From Octopus vulgaris (taxonomy: Eukaryota), in assembly GCA_951406725.2 (NCBI GenBank), contig OX597835.1, positions 24,986,001 to 25,050,000 of the forward strand: a stretch of DNA of 64,000 nucleotides. The letters are read 5' to 3'. Below, piece after piece: positions 52,012 through 64,000 of this stretch (within the stretch, counting starts at the first letter, position 1; each line of letters begins with the position of its first letter). The translations under genes were made by a program, and so were the position numbers. Below the pieces are notes generated by a model. The model did not search any database and was not told where the DNA came from. It was given only the letters and a program-made list of their open reading frames with translations.

Positions 52012-52546
52012 GTGAGTCAGTATGTCAACTGTTTGACATACATAATTCACACATATAACATTAGAATTGGAGGGGGTGGGGAAGGTTACGGGGGTGGAGG
52101 AAGGTTACTGGGGTGGGGTAAAGTACTTCTCATAAGTCAAGATAGCTGGCTTCCTTCTTCATATATTTACTTTTCATAATATTTTGCTTTACATATAACA
52201 TTTATTTGATAAACTCCTGCTCTTAATAAAGGTTATCACACCTAAGTGTATGATAACCTTTTTATTATGCTTATTATTATCATCAATATTATTATTATTA
52301 TTATTATTTTGAAGAAAAATTTTCTCTCTTTCTCTCTAAAGATAACTGTCAATATTTTGGAAGGGGTGGGAGAAAGACAGGAAGGAACAACTTAATAGGG
52401 TGAATGATGGTGGTGGTTGTGGTGGTGGTGGTGTTGCCGGTGGTGGTGGTAGTGGTAGAAGTTTTGGTTTTGATAATAAGTGTTGTGGTTATGGCGAGTT
52501 TCTGTGAAAAACAGGAAATGGTTATAAATAGTCATGTAAAATTGCA

Positions 52547-52597
<51 letters not shown>

Positions 52598-53669
52598 TTA
52601 TATATGTATGTGTGTGTATGTATATATGTGAATGTGCATATGTAGTTGTATGTATATATATGTGATATATTTATATATTGCGTATGCATATATGCGCATG
52701 TAATTATTTGTATACTGTGTGTGTGTCTGTCATTATATACACCATATACACATACATGCAGAAACACATTAGCAGATATGCATTTACCTCATGCACTCAA
52801 TACCTGCACCCTTTGGCCTTTTTGATATCAACAACCATCATTTATCTACCTTTTGCTATCCATCTCCCTTTCACTGGTGCCACGATAAGATGCACTGATT
52901 GCACTGCATGGGAGATACGGGGATGTCAATAGGATTCTTTAGTTTTATTGAAGATGCAGCGACTTTTTCTAATGATGGTGCTGGGAAGAAGATGCACCAT
53001 GTACACTCTGTAAAGTGGTTGGTGTTACATAGGGCGTCTGGCAGTAGAAACCATGTCAATGATAAGGGAAACTTTGGAATGAATGTTACGCATGTCTCTG
53101 ACCCATCGAGAGCAGCGAGAACCATACCAGCATGGAAAGTGGTCATTAAACACACACACACACATACATGCACACTTGCACACCATCATCATCATCATCA
53201 TCATTTAACGTCTTTTTTCCATGCTGGCATGGGTTGGACGGTTTGAGTGAAAACTGGTAAGCTGGAGAGCTGCACAAGGTTCCAATCTACAGCTGGGTGC
53301 CCTTCCTAATGCCAACCACTCCAAGAGTCCAAGAGTGCAAGAGTGTAGTGGGTGCTTTTTATGTACCACCGGCATTGGCCACAACTGCAATCTCACTCGG
53401 CTTGACAGGTCTTCTCATGTATCGTTATATTACCAAAGGTCTCAGTCACTTGTCACTGCCTCCATGAGGCTTAAAGTGCTTTCTATCTGCCAGGTATGCT
53501 ACACTGGCATCAGCTACAACTACAATTTCACTTGGCCTGACAGGTCTTCTCAAGCACAGCATATTGGACACCAATGTCCAAACGGTACTTCTTATGTGCC
53601 TCTAGCACAATACTGACACCGACCACAACTGCAATTTCACTTGGCTTGATGGGTTTTCTCAAGCACAGC

Positions 53670-53706
<37 letters not shown>

Positions 53707-53743
53707 AACATAATATGTGTGTATATTTGAAATCTAAAAGCTC

Positions 53744-53810
53744 CCTACTGACAAAAACTAACCTCAGTAATAACTTTTTAACTGCAATGAGTTAGAAACC
53801 ATGGTCTAGG
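53744..53810 (+). ncRNA. Hammerhead motif with G8-to-A change
   Basis: CCTA-CTGACAA-AAACT...CAGT...ACTG...AGTTA-GAAA-CCATGG-TC-TAGG; lies in a roughly 270-bp block bounded by (TA)n. Confidence 0.62.
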
Positions 53811-53959
53811 AACTAAATTAGATGGTAAACGTTTTTAATTTTCAATCCTTTCGAGAATTTATCCATAATTAGTGGTTTGAGTTTTCTACTGCTCTTTCTA
53901 GCACAAGGCTTTCCTATTTAGAAGCCTCTTAATGTGTTTTAATGTACACGATATTTTTA

Positions 53960-53998
<39 letters not shown>

Positions 53999-55341
53999 TC
54001 ATCCCAGGACACCAGTTTGATTACTCAGTTTTATTAGCTGAGTGGACTGGAGCTCTGTGAAATGAAGTGTCTTGCTCAAGAACGCAACATATCATCTTGT
54101 CTGGGAATTGAAACCACAATCTTGCAATCATTAGCATTGGGAAATGACAAGAGTTTCATAATTTCATACATATTACTGAAGTACCAGAAGTATTTATTTT
54201 TTGTTCTAAACTTTACTATGCAGTAAATACAATTTCATAATAACGGTTAAGGTAAGCTAAGCAATTGCTGAGACTGAACCCATGCGGTCAGGAAGCAAAC
54301 CTCTTACCTCACAGCCACACCTGTTTGACAGAAATTGAAAGATGGTACCCTGTGGCTGTATTTGTTTGCATTTCTGTTTCTACCACGATTGTTGTTCTGA
54401 CGTGCTCAGATTTTGCACTGTCAAAAACGTGTCGAATAAGAGATTCTTATCCCTTATTTGAAAAAAATAGGTTGGTGCTTTGACAGAAAAGACTGATTAG
54501 ATTAAATAAGAAGATATATATGACTGTATGTATAAACATCATCATCATCACACAGATATTCATATATAGCTTTATGTACAGTCATCATCATTTATGTCTG
54601 TCTCCATGCTGGCATGGGTTGGACTAGTAAAATTCCAATTCCAAAGACACACACACATACATATACATATATATACACGACAGTTTCATTTAGTTTCTGC
54701 CTACCAAATCGACTCACAAGGCTTTGGTCGGTCCGAGGCTATAGTAGAAGACACGAGTCCGAGGTGTCACATAGTGGGATTGAAACCAGAACCATGTAGT
54801 TGGGAAACAAACTTCTTACCACACAGCCGTGCTTAATGGTTTTTCACTTCTAGTCACATGTCAATTAGAAAAGACATCAATTTCCATCACAGGCTTGCCC
54901 TTTTGGGGCAGTTTTTTTTTCTCTTTCCTTTGGTCCTCATCTCTGCTGTATCAGCAAATATGTTTAAAATATAAATATAAAATTTAAATAAATAGAAATT
55001 ATTTATCTTCCTTCACATCACCATCGCCACCCTAAGTTTTGCATTTTGTTTTTATAGACTGCTTGAAATAGCTTTACATTAATTGTAATATTATATACAT
55101 ACATACGTTTGTATATATATTTATATTTATTGTTTGTTTGTTTATTTTTTTCAATATGGTATATAGTTGACCAAAGGGCCAATTGAATTCAGTAAAACCA
55201 CGGCCCTGTGTAATGTAATCCGCTGTTGATGTAACCCTTAAATAAACATTAATCACACCAAACACTTCTAGCATACGATTGTATTGAGCACTTTGTTTTC
55301 ATACCCCACCAAAATAAACAGAAAAACATGTTTTATGTATG

Positions 55342-55383
<42 letters not shown>

Positions 55384-55431
55384 CATATATACTTATTTAT
55401 TTATTTGTATATGTATGTTTGATAGGCCATT

Positions 55432-55915
55432 GTTCTTTTTTTTATCTTGTTTCAGTCATGGGACCTTTGCCATGTTGGGGCACTGTGTTGAAAGATTCCG
55501 AACAAATAAATCCCAGTACTTTATCAGTCTCTTTTGCCGAACCACTAAGTTACGGGGACGTAAACACACCAGCATCAAGCGATGTTGGGGGTGGGGTGCA
55601 CAGACACACAAACATATACACACACATACATACATAAACACACACACACACACATATATATATATACGACAGGCTTCTTTCAGTTTCCGTCAACCAAATC
55701 CACTCACATGGCTTTGGTTGGCCTGAGGCTATAGTAGAAGATACTTGCCCAAAGTGCCACGCGGTGGAAATGAACCTGGAACCATGTGGTTCATAAGCAA
55801 GCTACTTACCACACGGCCACTCCTGCGCCTATAGTAGAAGACATTTGCCCAAGGTGCCATACAGTGGGACTGAACCCTAGGCCACATGGTTGGGGAACCA
55901 AGCTTTTTACCCACA
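55432..55915 (-). mobile_element. SINE family A with a second head segment in tandem
   Basis: Full copy 55432-55829, then a repeated atagtagaagacatttgcccaaggtgcc...ggttgggg segment. Confidence 0.8.
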
Positions 55916-56970
55916 GTTTTTCACTAAATAGAAAAGTGTGTGTGGTGGACGCAGCAAAGCAGAATTATTGAAGTGTTTGCTTCGCAAGCGCCAGGCCCTA
56001 GATTTAATCCTATTGCATGATCCTTTAAAAGCAGGTGTGTCTTACCACAGCCATTAGTTTACCCATGCTTGTTCGATGGACTGCATACATACATGTAATT
56101 CAAAATTAAAGAGTCACCTTGAATGCCTGACTTCAGCGCGAGGATATTGCATTTAGGGTGCACGTGTCTGTTGAATATTCACTCACCTGCTAATTAAACG
56201 AGGGCAGATAAACAAGCTGATCCAATAACTGAATACTGATCATTGATACGCCTGGATGTATGTGTGAGTGTTAAGTGTGTATCTATACGTGTGGGTATGT
56301 GTATTTGTATATATGCATACATATATAATATACAGAAAAAAGTATATATATGAGGTGTATGTATATGTGTGTGTATATATATGAGGTATTTATACACACA
56401 CACACACACTCTCTCTTGCAATACTGCATGTATAAATACACATTGTGTTACAGATTCTGCCTTCAGTGGTATCAGGCGCGTGTTGGCTCTGTCAATCAAA
56501 CCCAGATATTTTAACTAGAACTGTTGCTATGACAGCAACAGAAGTTACTCATTGTTATATACCTCCTCGTTCCACCACCACCACCACCCTTCCACCTTGA
56601 CTGGTCACCTGACTGTGCCTTACCTCTGCTCTGGCATATATAGACCTATGACATTGAGATGACTGATTTTTTTCTTTTCCTTTCTTTCTTTCAAGTATTT
56701 GTTACCTGTAATAGTGGCGGGAGTGGTGGTGGTGGTGGTGGTAGTTGTTATTGTAGGGTGGATTTAGTTCACATTGAACTGATGATAAAGACATAGTTGT
56801 AGTGAAAGAGGGGGAGAGTGGGCAGAAAAACCTTTTTGTTGGTCTTTGTGTACAGGCATGGTCCTATGGGGTTTATATATATATATTCTTTTGTTTCAGC
56901 CTTGAGGCTGTGGCCATGCTGGGGCACTGCCAGTGCCACAAGATCTATATATATATATACATATATATAT

Positions 56971-57389
56971 AAAATGAGATAGGGGTTGTAAATTCAACCC
57001 TCCATGGGATAACATATATCCAATATACTGCTAGAGAAGTACCCAACAAAGCTAATACATAAATGTTAAAAATTGCGATGCAATTAATTCATTTACTGTA
57101 TTAGGTGGGCAAAGGTTTGCATTAAAATCTCTGAAGAGGCCGTAAGATATTCTTGTTAATGTCTCATTTATACCTGCATTATATGGCTAATAGGTTAAAT
57201 GAGAAATACCTGTCTTCATTGCCGAAACAGCTGTCAGCTATAATGTAAATGTATTTCTATGTCTTGTTATATTTGTACTATATTAATGTATAATATCATT
57301 GCTATTGTGTAGTGTTTTAATAAAGTATTGATTCGGTATTATCTGATTGTTGATGATTGATTTAGATATATTTCTCCATTTTCTCATTT

Positions 57390-57390
<1 letters not shown>
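56971..57390 (+). mobile_element. Roughly 420-bp hammerhead-bearing cassette embedded in (TA)n with 9-bp inverted ends
   Basis: AAAATGAGA / TCTCATTTT termini abut (TA)n on both sides; internal hammerhead motif. Confidence 0.5.
57129..57237 (+). ncRNA. Type-I hammerhead ribozyme motif with long stem II, canonical core
   Basis: CT-CTGAAGA-GGC...AAGA...TCTCATTTA.ACCT...AGGT-TAAATGAGA...TCTT...GCC-GAAA-CAGCTG-TC-AG; predicted cut after GUC at 57235; short stem I. Confidence 0.7.
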
Positions 57391-57429
<39 letters not shown>

Positions 57430-58807
57430 CAGCATTAACATCCTTTTTTCCATGCTGGCATTTGTTGAAAGGTTTGTCAAGAACATACAAGCCTGATGGT
57501 GATGATTACAGTTTATATATTTGTGTATATATATATATTATATTTTTCCAGTTATTTGAGTGTGGCTATGAAGGAGCACCGCCTTTAGTCAAACAAATCA
57601 ACCCCAGGACTTATTCTTTGTAAGCCTAGTACTTATTCTATTGGCCTCTTATGCTGAACCGCTAAGTTACAGGGACATAAATACACCATCATCAGTTGTC
57701 TTATAGGATTGGAAACGAGAGAGGGACAGATAGAAAGTCAGAACAAAGGGAGAAGCAAAGTATTAGGGAGGGAAAGAGAGACAGAGGAAGAGAAATAGGG
57801 AGGAAGGCAAATCAGAGGCAGAGAGAGACAGACAGACAGACAATATAAAATATGTATGTGTGTGTATTTATCATCATCATAATCAGTGTCTGTTTGCCAT
57901 GTTGGCATGGGTTGGACAACGTGTATACGCATGTAAATACACACACACAAACACATACCCCTTGTGCTGAGAACTACTTGATGTATGTAGTAGCATTTAT
58001 ACATCTGCACAGAAAGGCACGTGCACGCAAACACACACAGCACATAATAGGTTATGTTGCAAAAGGTTATTGTTATCAAAATTTGTTGGTGCCCGACATA
58101 CTCTTTGTTATATATCCTTGGCTGAACTTTATATCAGCTGCTTATTATTATCAAAAAAGCTACATCCTCAATGCTCTCAATAAGCTTCATTTGTCTCTTT
58201 TGTCACTCAATAAATGTCTGTGTGTCTATTGTGAAATCTCAGTCAATTTGGTCCTTAAAATGTATTTGACTCTGTCTCTTTAGATCACAGCATCAGTAAA
58301 TGTTGGCATGTTAAAAGCATAGTATCTATAAATTATTTTTACAACTTCCACAATTTATAGTATCTATTGAAGTTGACATCCATCAATTATTGTAAAGGTA
58401 ATTTATAGACACCCTTGTGTGTGTGTGTGCATGTGTAGATATTTAGCAGAAGCAATGGAGTGACTCAAGGGCCAAGAGTTTCATGCATTAGCAATCACAC
58501 GTGTGTGTATTCTTTTGTTTCAGGTATTTGACTGAGCCATACCTGCCTCTGTGCGTGTGTTGTTGGTGGTTCCTTTAATGTCTGCTCACCCATGCATGGG
58601 TTGCCAGAGGAATTAGTTGTGGCTGGGTTTTTATGACTCTGCTCTTCCTGCCACCATCAGCCCATACCTGTTTATCAAATAAGGGATCCGCTATTCTCCA
58701 CCAAGTCCCCAGAAGTGCAGAGGGACCAATTGCAATACATCATTCACTGTTTCGCTTAAGTGGTGACAAGTGTGCAAGATTGACACTCACACACTATCAC
58801 TTTCATT

Positions 58808-59062
58808 CTCACTCACACTCTAGCTCTCTTGCACACTCTAGCTCTCACTCACACTCTAGCTCTCATGCACACTTTAGCTGTCACGCACACTCTAGCTCTC
58901 TCTCACACTCTAGCTCCCTCTCACACTCTAGCTCTCTCTCACACTCTAGCTCTTTCTCACACTCAAGCTCTCTCTCATACCCTAGCTCTGTCTCACACTC
59001 TAGCTCTCTCTCGCACTCTAGCTCTCTCTCACACCCTAGCTCTCTCTCGCACTCTGACTCAC
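58808..59062. repeat. 18-bp minisatellite (cacactctagctctctct) x about 14
   Basis: Direct inspection. Confidence 0.92.
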
Positions 59063-59209
59063 CTTTATGGATTTCTTTCAGTTTTCAGTTACCAAATGTA
59101 TTGAAAAAAAAAAAAAAAAATGCATTGAGGGGCCATTGTAGAATGACCCCCCACTGCATGTATGTACATCTTTGTGTAGCTGCACAGTTTTGTTAAAAGC
59201 ACACTGACA

Positions 59210-59543
59210 TGGGCATGTGGTTAAGAAGCTAACTTTGCAATCCAACCACATGGTTTCCAGTTCAGTCCCAGCTGCATGGTGCCTTGAGCAAGTGTCTTCT
59301 ACTAAGCCCCGGGTCAACCAAATCCTTGTGAGTGAATTTGGTAGATGGATATTGTGTAGAAGCCTGTCGTATATACCCGTATGTGTGTCTTTGTTGTCCT
59401 GATCCCCCTCTTGACAACAGGAGGCAGATAGAATATAAGTTCCAGACTTAGATAAACACCGGGGTCGATTTGCTTGACCAAAACCCTTCAAGATGGTGCC
59501 CCAGCATGGCCGCAGTTCAATGACTAAAACAAATAAAAGAAAA
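59210..59543 (+). mobile_element. SINE family A, diverged
   Basis: Head, ccttgagcaagtgtcttct body and ccccagcatggccgcag tail. Confidence 0.75.
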
Positions 59544-59593
59544 ATATATGTACACATGCACACAAAGGCATGCATAAAGATATACTTATTCGC

Positions 59594-59656
<63 letters not shown>

Positions 59657-60039
59657 CACATATACATGTGTATGTAGGTGAAATTGCATTTATTTGTATG
59701 TGTGTGTATATAGGGTTTAATACAATCACATTGTAACCCTCTAAAGCTATTCTCTATTGGAGTATTGTTGGTGACAGTTGAAAATTGAAGCGGACTAAAA
59801 ATGTACGTGTTAACCTCCACAGCTTTACAACTCAAACAAGGGACTTTCTACCTCTTTTCTTAAATAACACTCACCTGATGCATTCTTTACACACACACAC
59901 ACACGTATATACATATAAACTCATTGTACTCAAACAGGTGTACTTATTTACGTGAAGTCACTCAATTTTTTGGGATTTGTTTCCTTTCTTTTATATTTGT
60001 TATTTGTAGCAGCAAATTTTATATATATATGTGATTTGG

Positions 60040-60325
60040 AGGTGCAATGGCCTAGTGGTTAGGGCAGCAGACTCGCGGTTTCAATTCCTAGGCCAGGTGT
60101 TGTGAGTGTTTATTGAATGAAAACACCTAAAGCTCCACGAGGCTCCAGCAGGGGGTGGTGGCGATCCCTGCTGTACTCTTTCTCCACAACTTTCTCTCAC
60201 TCTTCTTCTGTTGGCCTGCTTGCTTAGTCAGTAGGGTGGCGTCATTTGAAGGCTAAAACAATGCGAAGCACATTGTGGCCAGCGATGTGTAGCAACATCT
60301 GATAGCCTGGTCGGTCACAGTGATC
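60040..60325 (+). mobile_element. tRNA-headed SINE, body C with tail Y
   Basis: Head and body match 23670-23867 (reverse); the 3' part is unrelated to tail X. Confidence 0.7.
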
Positions 60326-60331
60326 ATGGTG

Positions 60332-60768
60332 GTGGTGGGCTGGTGGAATCGTTAGCATGCCAGTCAGGATGCTTAGCATTTTGTCTGTCCTTACACTCTG
60401 AGTTTAAATTGCGCCAAGGTTGACTTGCTTTCCATCCTTTTGGGGTCAATGAATTAAATACCAGTTGAGCACTGGGGTCAGTGTAATCAACTTACTCCCT
60501 CCTCCAAAAATTTCAGACCCCTGCCTATACTAGAAAGGATTATTATTAGTTAAGACTGCAAGCTGGCAGAATCATTAGCACACTGAATGAAATGCTTAGT
60601 GGTATTTCGCCCATTGCTATGTCCAAATTCCTCCAAGGTTGATTTCATCTTTCATCCTTTCGGGGGTTGATTAATTAAGTACCAGTTACATGCATGGGTT
60701 GAGCTAATTGACTCCCCCTCCACAAAAACAATTTCAGGCCTTGTGCCCAGAGTAGAAAAGAATATTAT
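60332..60768 (+). mobile_element. Two head-to-tail SINE family B units, CpG-depleted
   Basis: Head gctgg(t/c)(g/a)gaatc(g/a)ttagca at about 60339 and 60562, joined by attattatta. Confidence 0.8.
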
Positions 60769-61410
60769 TTCTTTGATTCCAGAAAATAAAAATTTATTAA
60801 TTAAATACGTGACTGAAATAATTACTGGTGTTTAAAAAATGATACTTCAATCTTAAACCATTTGATACCAACCCCTTCAAGGCCATTCTTTGTTTTATGA
60901 TACAAACTTTGTTTTCACCCTTTTGTTGCTACATCTCCTTCCTTCGTTAAAATTAATTTTGTAATACAGAATTTGTAAAAATAACTGCCATTATTAAACT
61001 GGTGTTTAACATGGCAAGCTGGCAGAATCATTAGCACGCTGGGCAAAACACTTAGCAACATTTCATCCATCTTTACATTCTGAGTTCAAATTCCGCCAGG
61101 GTCAATAAAACAAATTCCAGTTGGATACTGGAGTTAATATGGTTGAACACTGGGGTCTGTATGTATAAGGTACCATGCCCCAGCCTGGCCAAATACCTAT
61201 GAATGTAACTGCTTACCATCATCACTCTCCAAAACAAAACAAAAAGCTCCAGGAGTACAGTAAAATGGAATTGCACCTGCTGAAGAATTAAACACACAGG
61301 TCGAAGGGATTAAAAGATGGCAAGGAAGGGATTTGATAGAAATTTGGCAAATATCCCTTGCTGACCAATTGAGAAAGATGAACCTCAGAGAAGTTATTGG
61401 CTTGGTTTAA

Positions 61411-61836
61411 CCCTTTTGATACTCACCTAAAACCAACCTTGGTTCTATGATACAAATCCTTGTTTTAACCCCTTAGCATTGAAACCAACCACATCCAGCC
61501 TAAATATTTTCCCAGTTTTCTGTTAAAACTGACCAGATCTGGCCTCTCACACCTAACCTGCCCTGTCTTTCCAAAACTAAGCAGTCACATCATGAAAATC
61601 TCAGAGCTGTGAGATAATCCCATGATTAATTCAAAGTTGTGTGAATTAACAAGCATTACACACAACAGAATAATTTGATTATTCTAAAGGATTAAACTAG
61701 TCTGGATCGAAAGCGTCATCAAAATTCAGGTCAATTCATTCCAAACACCAGCTTAATGATGACAAAGTTTATTTTTCTAAATTCTTCATTATTTTGAAGA
61801 TTGATTGAAAATAATGTGAATACAGTAACAAAAGGG
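61411..61836. mobile_element. piggyBac-like MITE (TTAA TSD) with a nested second MITE at 61469-61691
   Basis: TTAA|CCCTTTTGATAC ... GTAACAAAAGGG|TTAA; inner TTAA|CCCCTTAG ... CTAAAGGA|TTAA. Confidence 0.75.
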
Positions 61837-62277
61837 TTAAGAATCAAATAGGGGCAATGTTGGTGGTGCCAGGTAGTGAGTAAGGTGGACATAAAGAAGA
61901 AACATTTTTGAAACAAATATAACCTACAGTCTCTTTGTTATGCAAACAGAATCCAGCAATGTTTAGCTTGTCTTGAACAAGTTGGGGAGTAAAGTATGGC
62001 GTGGTGTTTGTGTATGTATGTGAGTGGCGGCAGGGAAGGGGTGGTGGGCATTGTAAAACACTTGAGATGCTATGAAGCGCTTCCTTCATTCTACACATCT
62101 CTCCCAATTCTCTCTTTTTTTGCCAGTTGTTGATCCTGGGTTAGTAAATGTTCATCACAGTAAAGATTTTATTTATTCAGCAAATATTCTTTACAATGTG
62201 GAGATGTAAACAGCTCCGTTCTGTTTTGCTCATTCTTTGGCAGTTTAGCTATTTCCCATGTTTTTATTTTATCCACT

Positions 62278-62328
<51 letters not shown>

Positions 62329-62351
62329 TACATCATTCTTCTCTCCCTCCT

Positions 62352-62404
<53 letters not shown>

Positions 62405-62764
62405 CTCCTTCTCTGATGGGGAAATTGCTAGAATATCTTGTATGGTTTGTCTAGGATCAACCAAAATGATAGCATTGCAAAGCTTTTTAATACTGACTGC
62501 CATTTCTGTTGTACAACAAACAAGTCAAAGATTTTGTTTCTACCATTCTTTTTTTTTCTTTCTTTTTTTTTATTGCTTTTACTTTCATTTTTTTCTTTTG
62601 TATTTTATTTTCCGTTTCTTTTATCTTTTTTACATTTTTTTAACATTTTCGATTTGCGAAAAAAAAAAGAAAGAAAAAAAGGCCAAAGATTTTGCAGCCC
62701 CACCCTGAGAAATTTCAATAATTTAGCCCATCCACAAATACTTCATTTTCTATGTGAATTCTTT

Positions 62765-62836
62765 TAATTTTTAGTATAGTTGTAAGTATCCTCGCTTGTC
62801 ATACAGGAGAGCAGGGTTCAACTAACCATCGGGGAA
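62765..62836 (+). pseudogene. tRNA-Asp(GTC) pseudogene
   Basis: TTAGTATAGTTGTAAGTATCCTCGCTTGTCATACAGGAGAGCAGGGTTCAACTAACCATCGGGGA is colinear with the conserved metazoan tRNA-Asp; the 5' acceptor strand is lost and the T arm is broken. Confidence 0.75.
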
Positions 62837-62944
62837 GCCATTTAACTGGCAGTGCCCCAGCATGGCCACACTTCAAGGCTGAAACATATAAAAACGAATT
62901 TTAAATTTTTTCACTGGTGGGCCTTTTATGTTATTTTTTTTTTT

Positions 62945-63335
62945 TACAGTCATTGGGCTGAGGCCATGCTGGGGCACCACCTTGAAGGGTTTAGCTGAAC
63001 AAATTTAACCCCAGGACTTACTTTTTAAGCCTGGTTCGTATTCTGTCAGTCCCTTTTGCCAAACTGCCAAGTTATAGGGATGTAAACAAACCAACACTAG
63101 TTGTCAAGTGGAAATGGGAGACAAACACACACACAGATACATACATATACATCTGTATATATATGTCTATAATACAGGCTTCTTTCAGTTTCTGTATACT
63201 AAACCCACTCACAAAGCTTTGGTTGGTCCAAGGTTATAGTAAAAGACACATGCCCAAGGTACCATGCTGTGGAACTGAACCCAGAACCATGTGATTGGGA
63301 AGCAAACATTTTAACGCACAGCCACGCCTGTGCCT
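62945..63335 (-). mobile_element. SINE family A, CpG-depleted full copy
   Basis: All modules present; gccaaactgccaag replaces gccgaaccgctaag. Confidence 0.8.
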
Positions 63336-63704
63336 GAATGTCTAATAGATTTTAATTGTATTTTATTTATTTATTTTTGCTACATTCTTAACTTCTTAAA
63401 CAATGTAAAAAAAAGAAGAAAACAGACAAAAAACAATGCCATCTTTCCCCCCATTCCCTCCTTCCCAACCACTAAAAATCTCACATGGTTAACATTTTGC
63501 TTTCATTTCACAAATATGTGTCTGCTCTTAGTAAGTTCAAACCAAACCAGAAGTATGTTGTTGCTTAGCTCAAGAACAGTTCTGTGTGAGCACATGATCC
63601 ATGATCAAAGATGTTCCAACTCTGCCCTACACATACCCATCTCCCATTTTGTTACCTACATCGTCCCCACCCTGATCTAGCCATTACCTAGATATTTAGT
63701 CATT

Positions 63705-63975
63705 GCCTTGATGTAACCCACTCTAATCTAGGCCGTTTGAGCCATCTAACCTGCTCTGATCCAGGTCGTCTAACCCACCTTGATCCAGGCCATATAATCT
63801 GCCCTGATCTAAGGTCATCTAACCTACTCTGATCCAGGTTGTCTAACCTGCCCTGATCCAGGCCAACAAACCCACCCTGATCCAGGCCAACAAACCCACC
63901 CTGATCCAAGCTGTCTAATCCACCCCAAACCAGGCCATCTAATCCACCATGTTCTAGGCCATCTAGCCATCTGTC
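63705..63975. repeat. Roughly 24-bp minisatellite (gccatctaacccaccctgatccag) x about 10
   Basis: Direct inspection. Confidence 0.88.
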
Positions 63976-64000
63976 ATTTAATTCTTACCAAGATCTACTT

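Noticed and set aside
56181-56260. Minus-strand CAG|GTGAGT donor (a similar one near 59870)
   Set aside because: These are isolated motifs without a supportable exon or reading frame.
58633-59196. 187-aa (SHSSSL)n ORF
   Set aside because: It is the product of an 18-bp minisatellite open in several frames, with no other support.
63700-63909. (LDQGGFVG)n ORF
   Set aside because: It derives from a 24-bp minisatellite and the frame shifts between units.

Overview
This is AT-rich eukaryotic non-coding DNA saturated with (TA)n, (CA)n and (CT)n microsatellites, several tRNA-headed SINE families and small non-autonomous DNA transposons (hAT-like, piggyBac-like, and a GG-terminal family with 8-bp target site duplications, TSDs). 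The repeat repertoire looks like that of an octopus genome (inference from recall, no search run). No protein-coding gene can be supported: nearly all supplied ORFs are microsatellite or SINE translations, and only one weak exon candidate remains (24240-24457, minus). The main unexplained signal is a set of about 17 type-I hammerhead-ribozyme-like motifs of the minimal, palindromic-stem-III kind known from Penelope-like retroelements; about six keep the catalytic core. They include two head-to-head inverted pairs (42.9 kb and 50.4-50.7 kb) with one intact and one decayed copy, a U3-A8 core variant, long stem-II variants, a five-motif cluster at 5.0-6.0 kb, and a copy split by a MITE. Also present are an Ala-type tRNA gene body with a Val (TAC) anticodon, a tRNA-Asp pseudogene, a repeat array with microsatellite spacers, and an apparent switch to CpG-depleted sequence after about 47.5 kb. 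Repeat boundaries were read by eye and are approximate.
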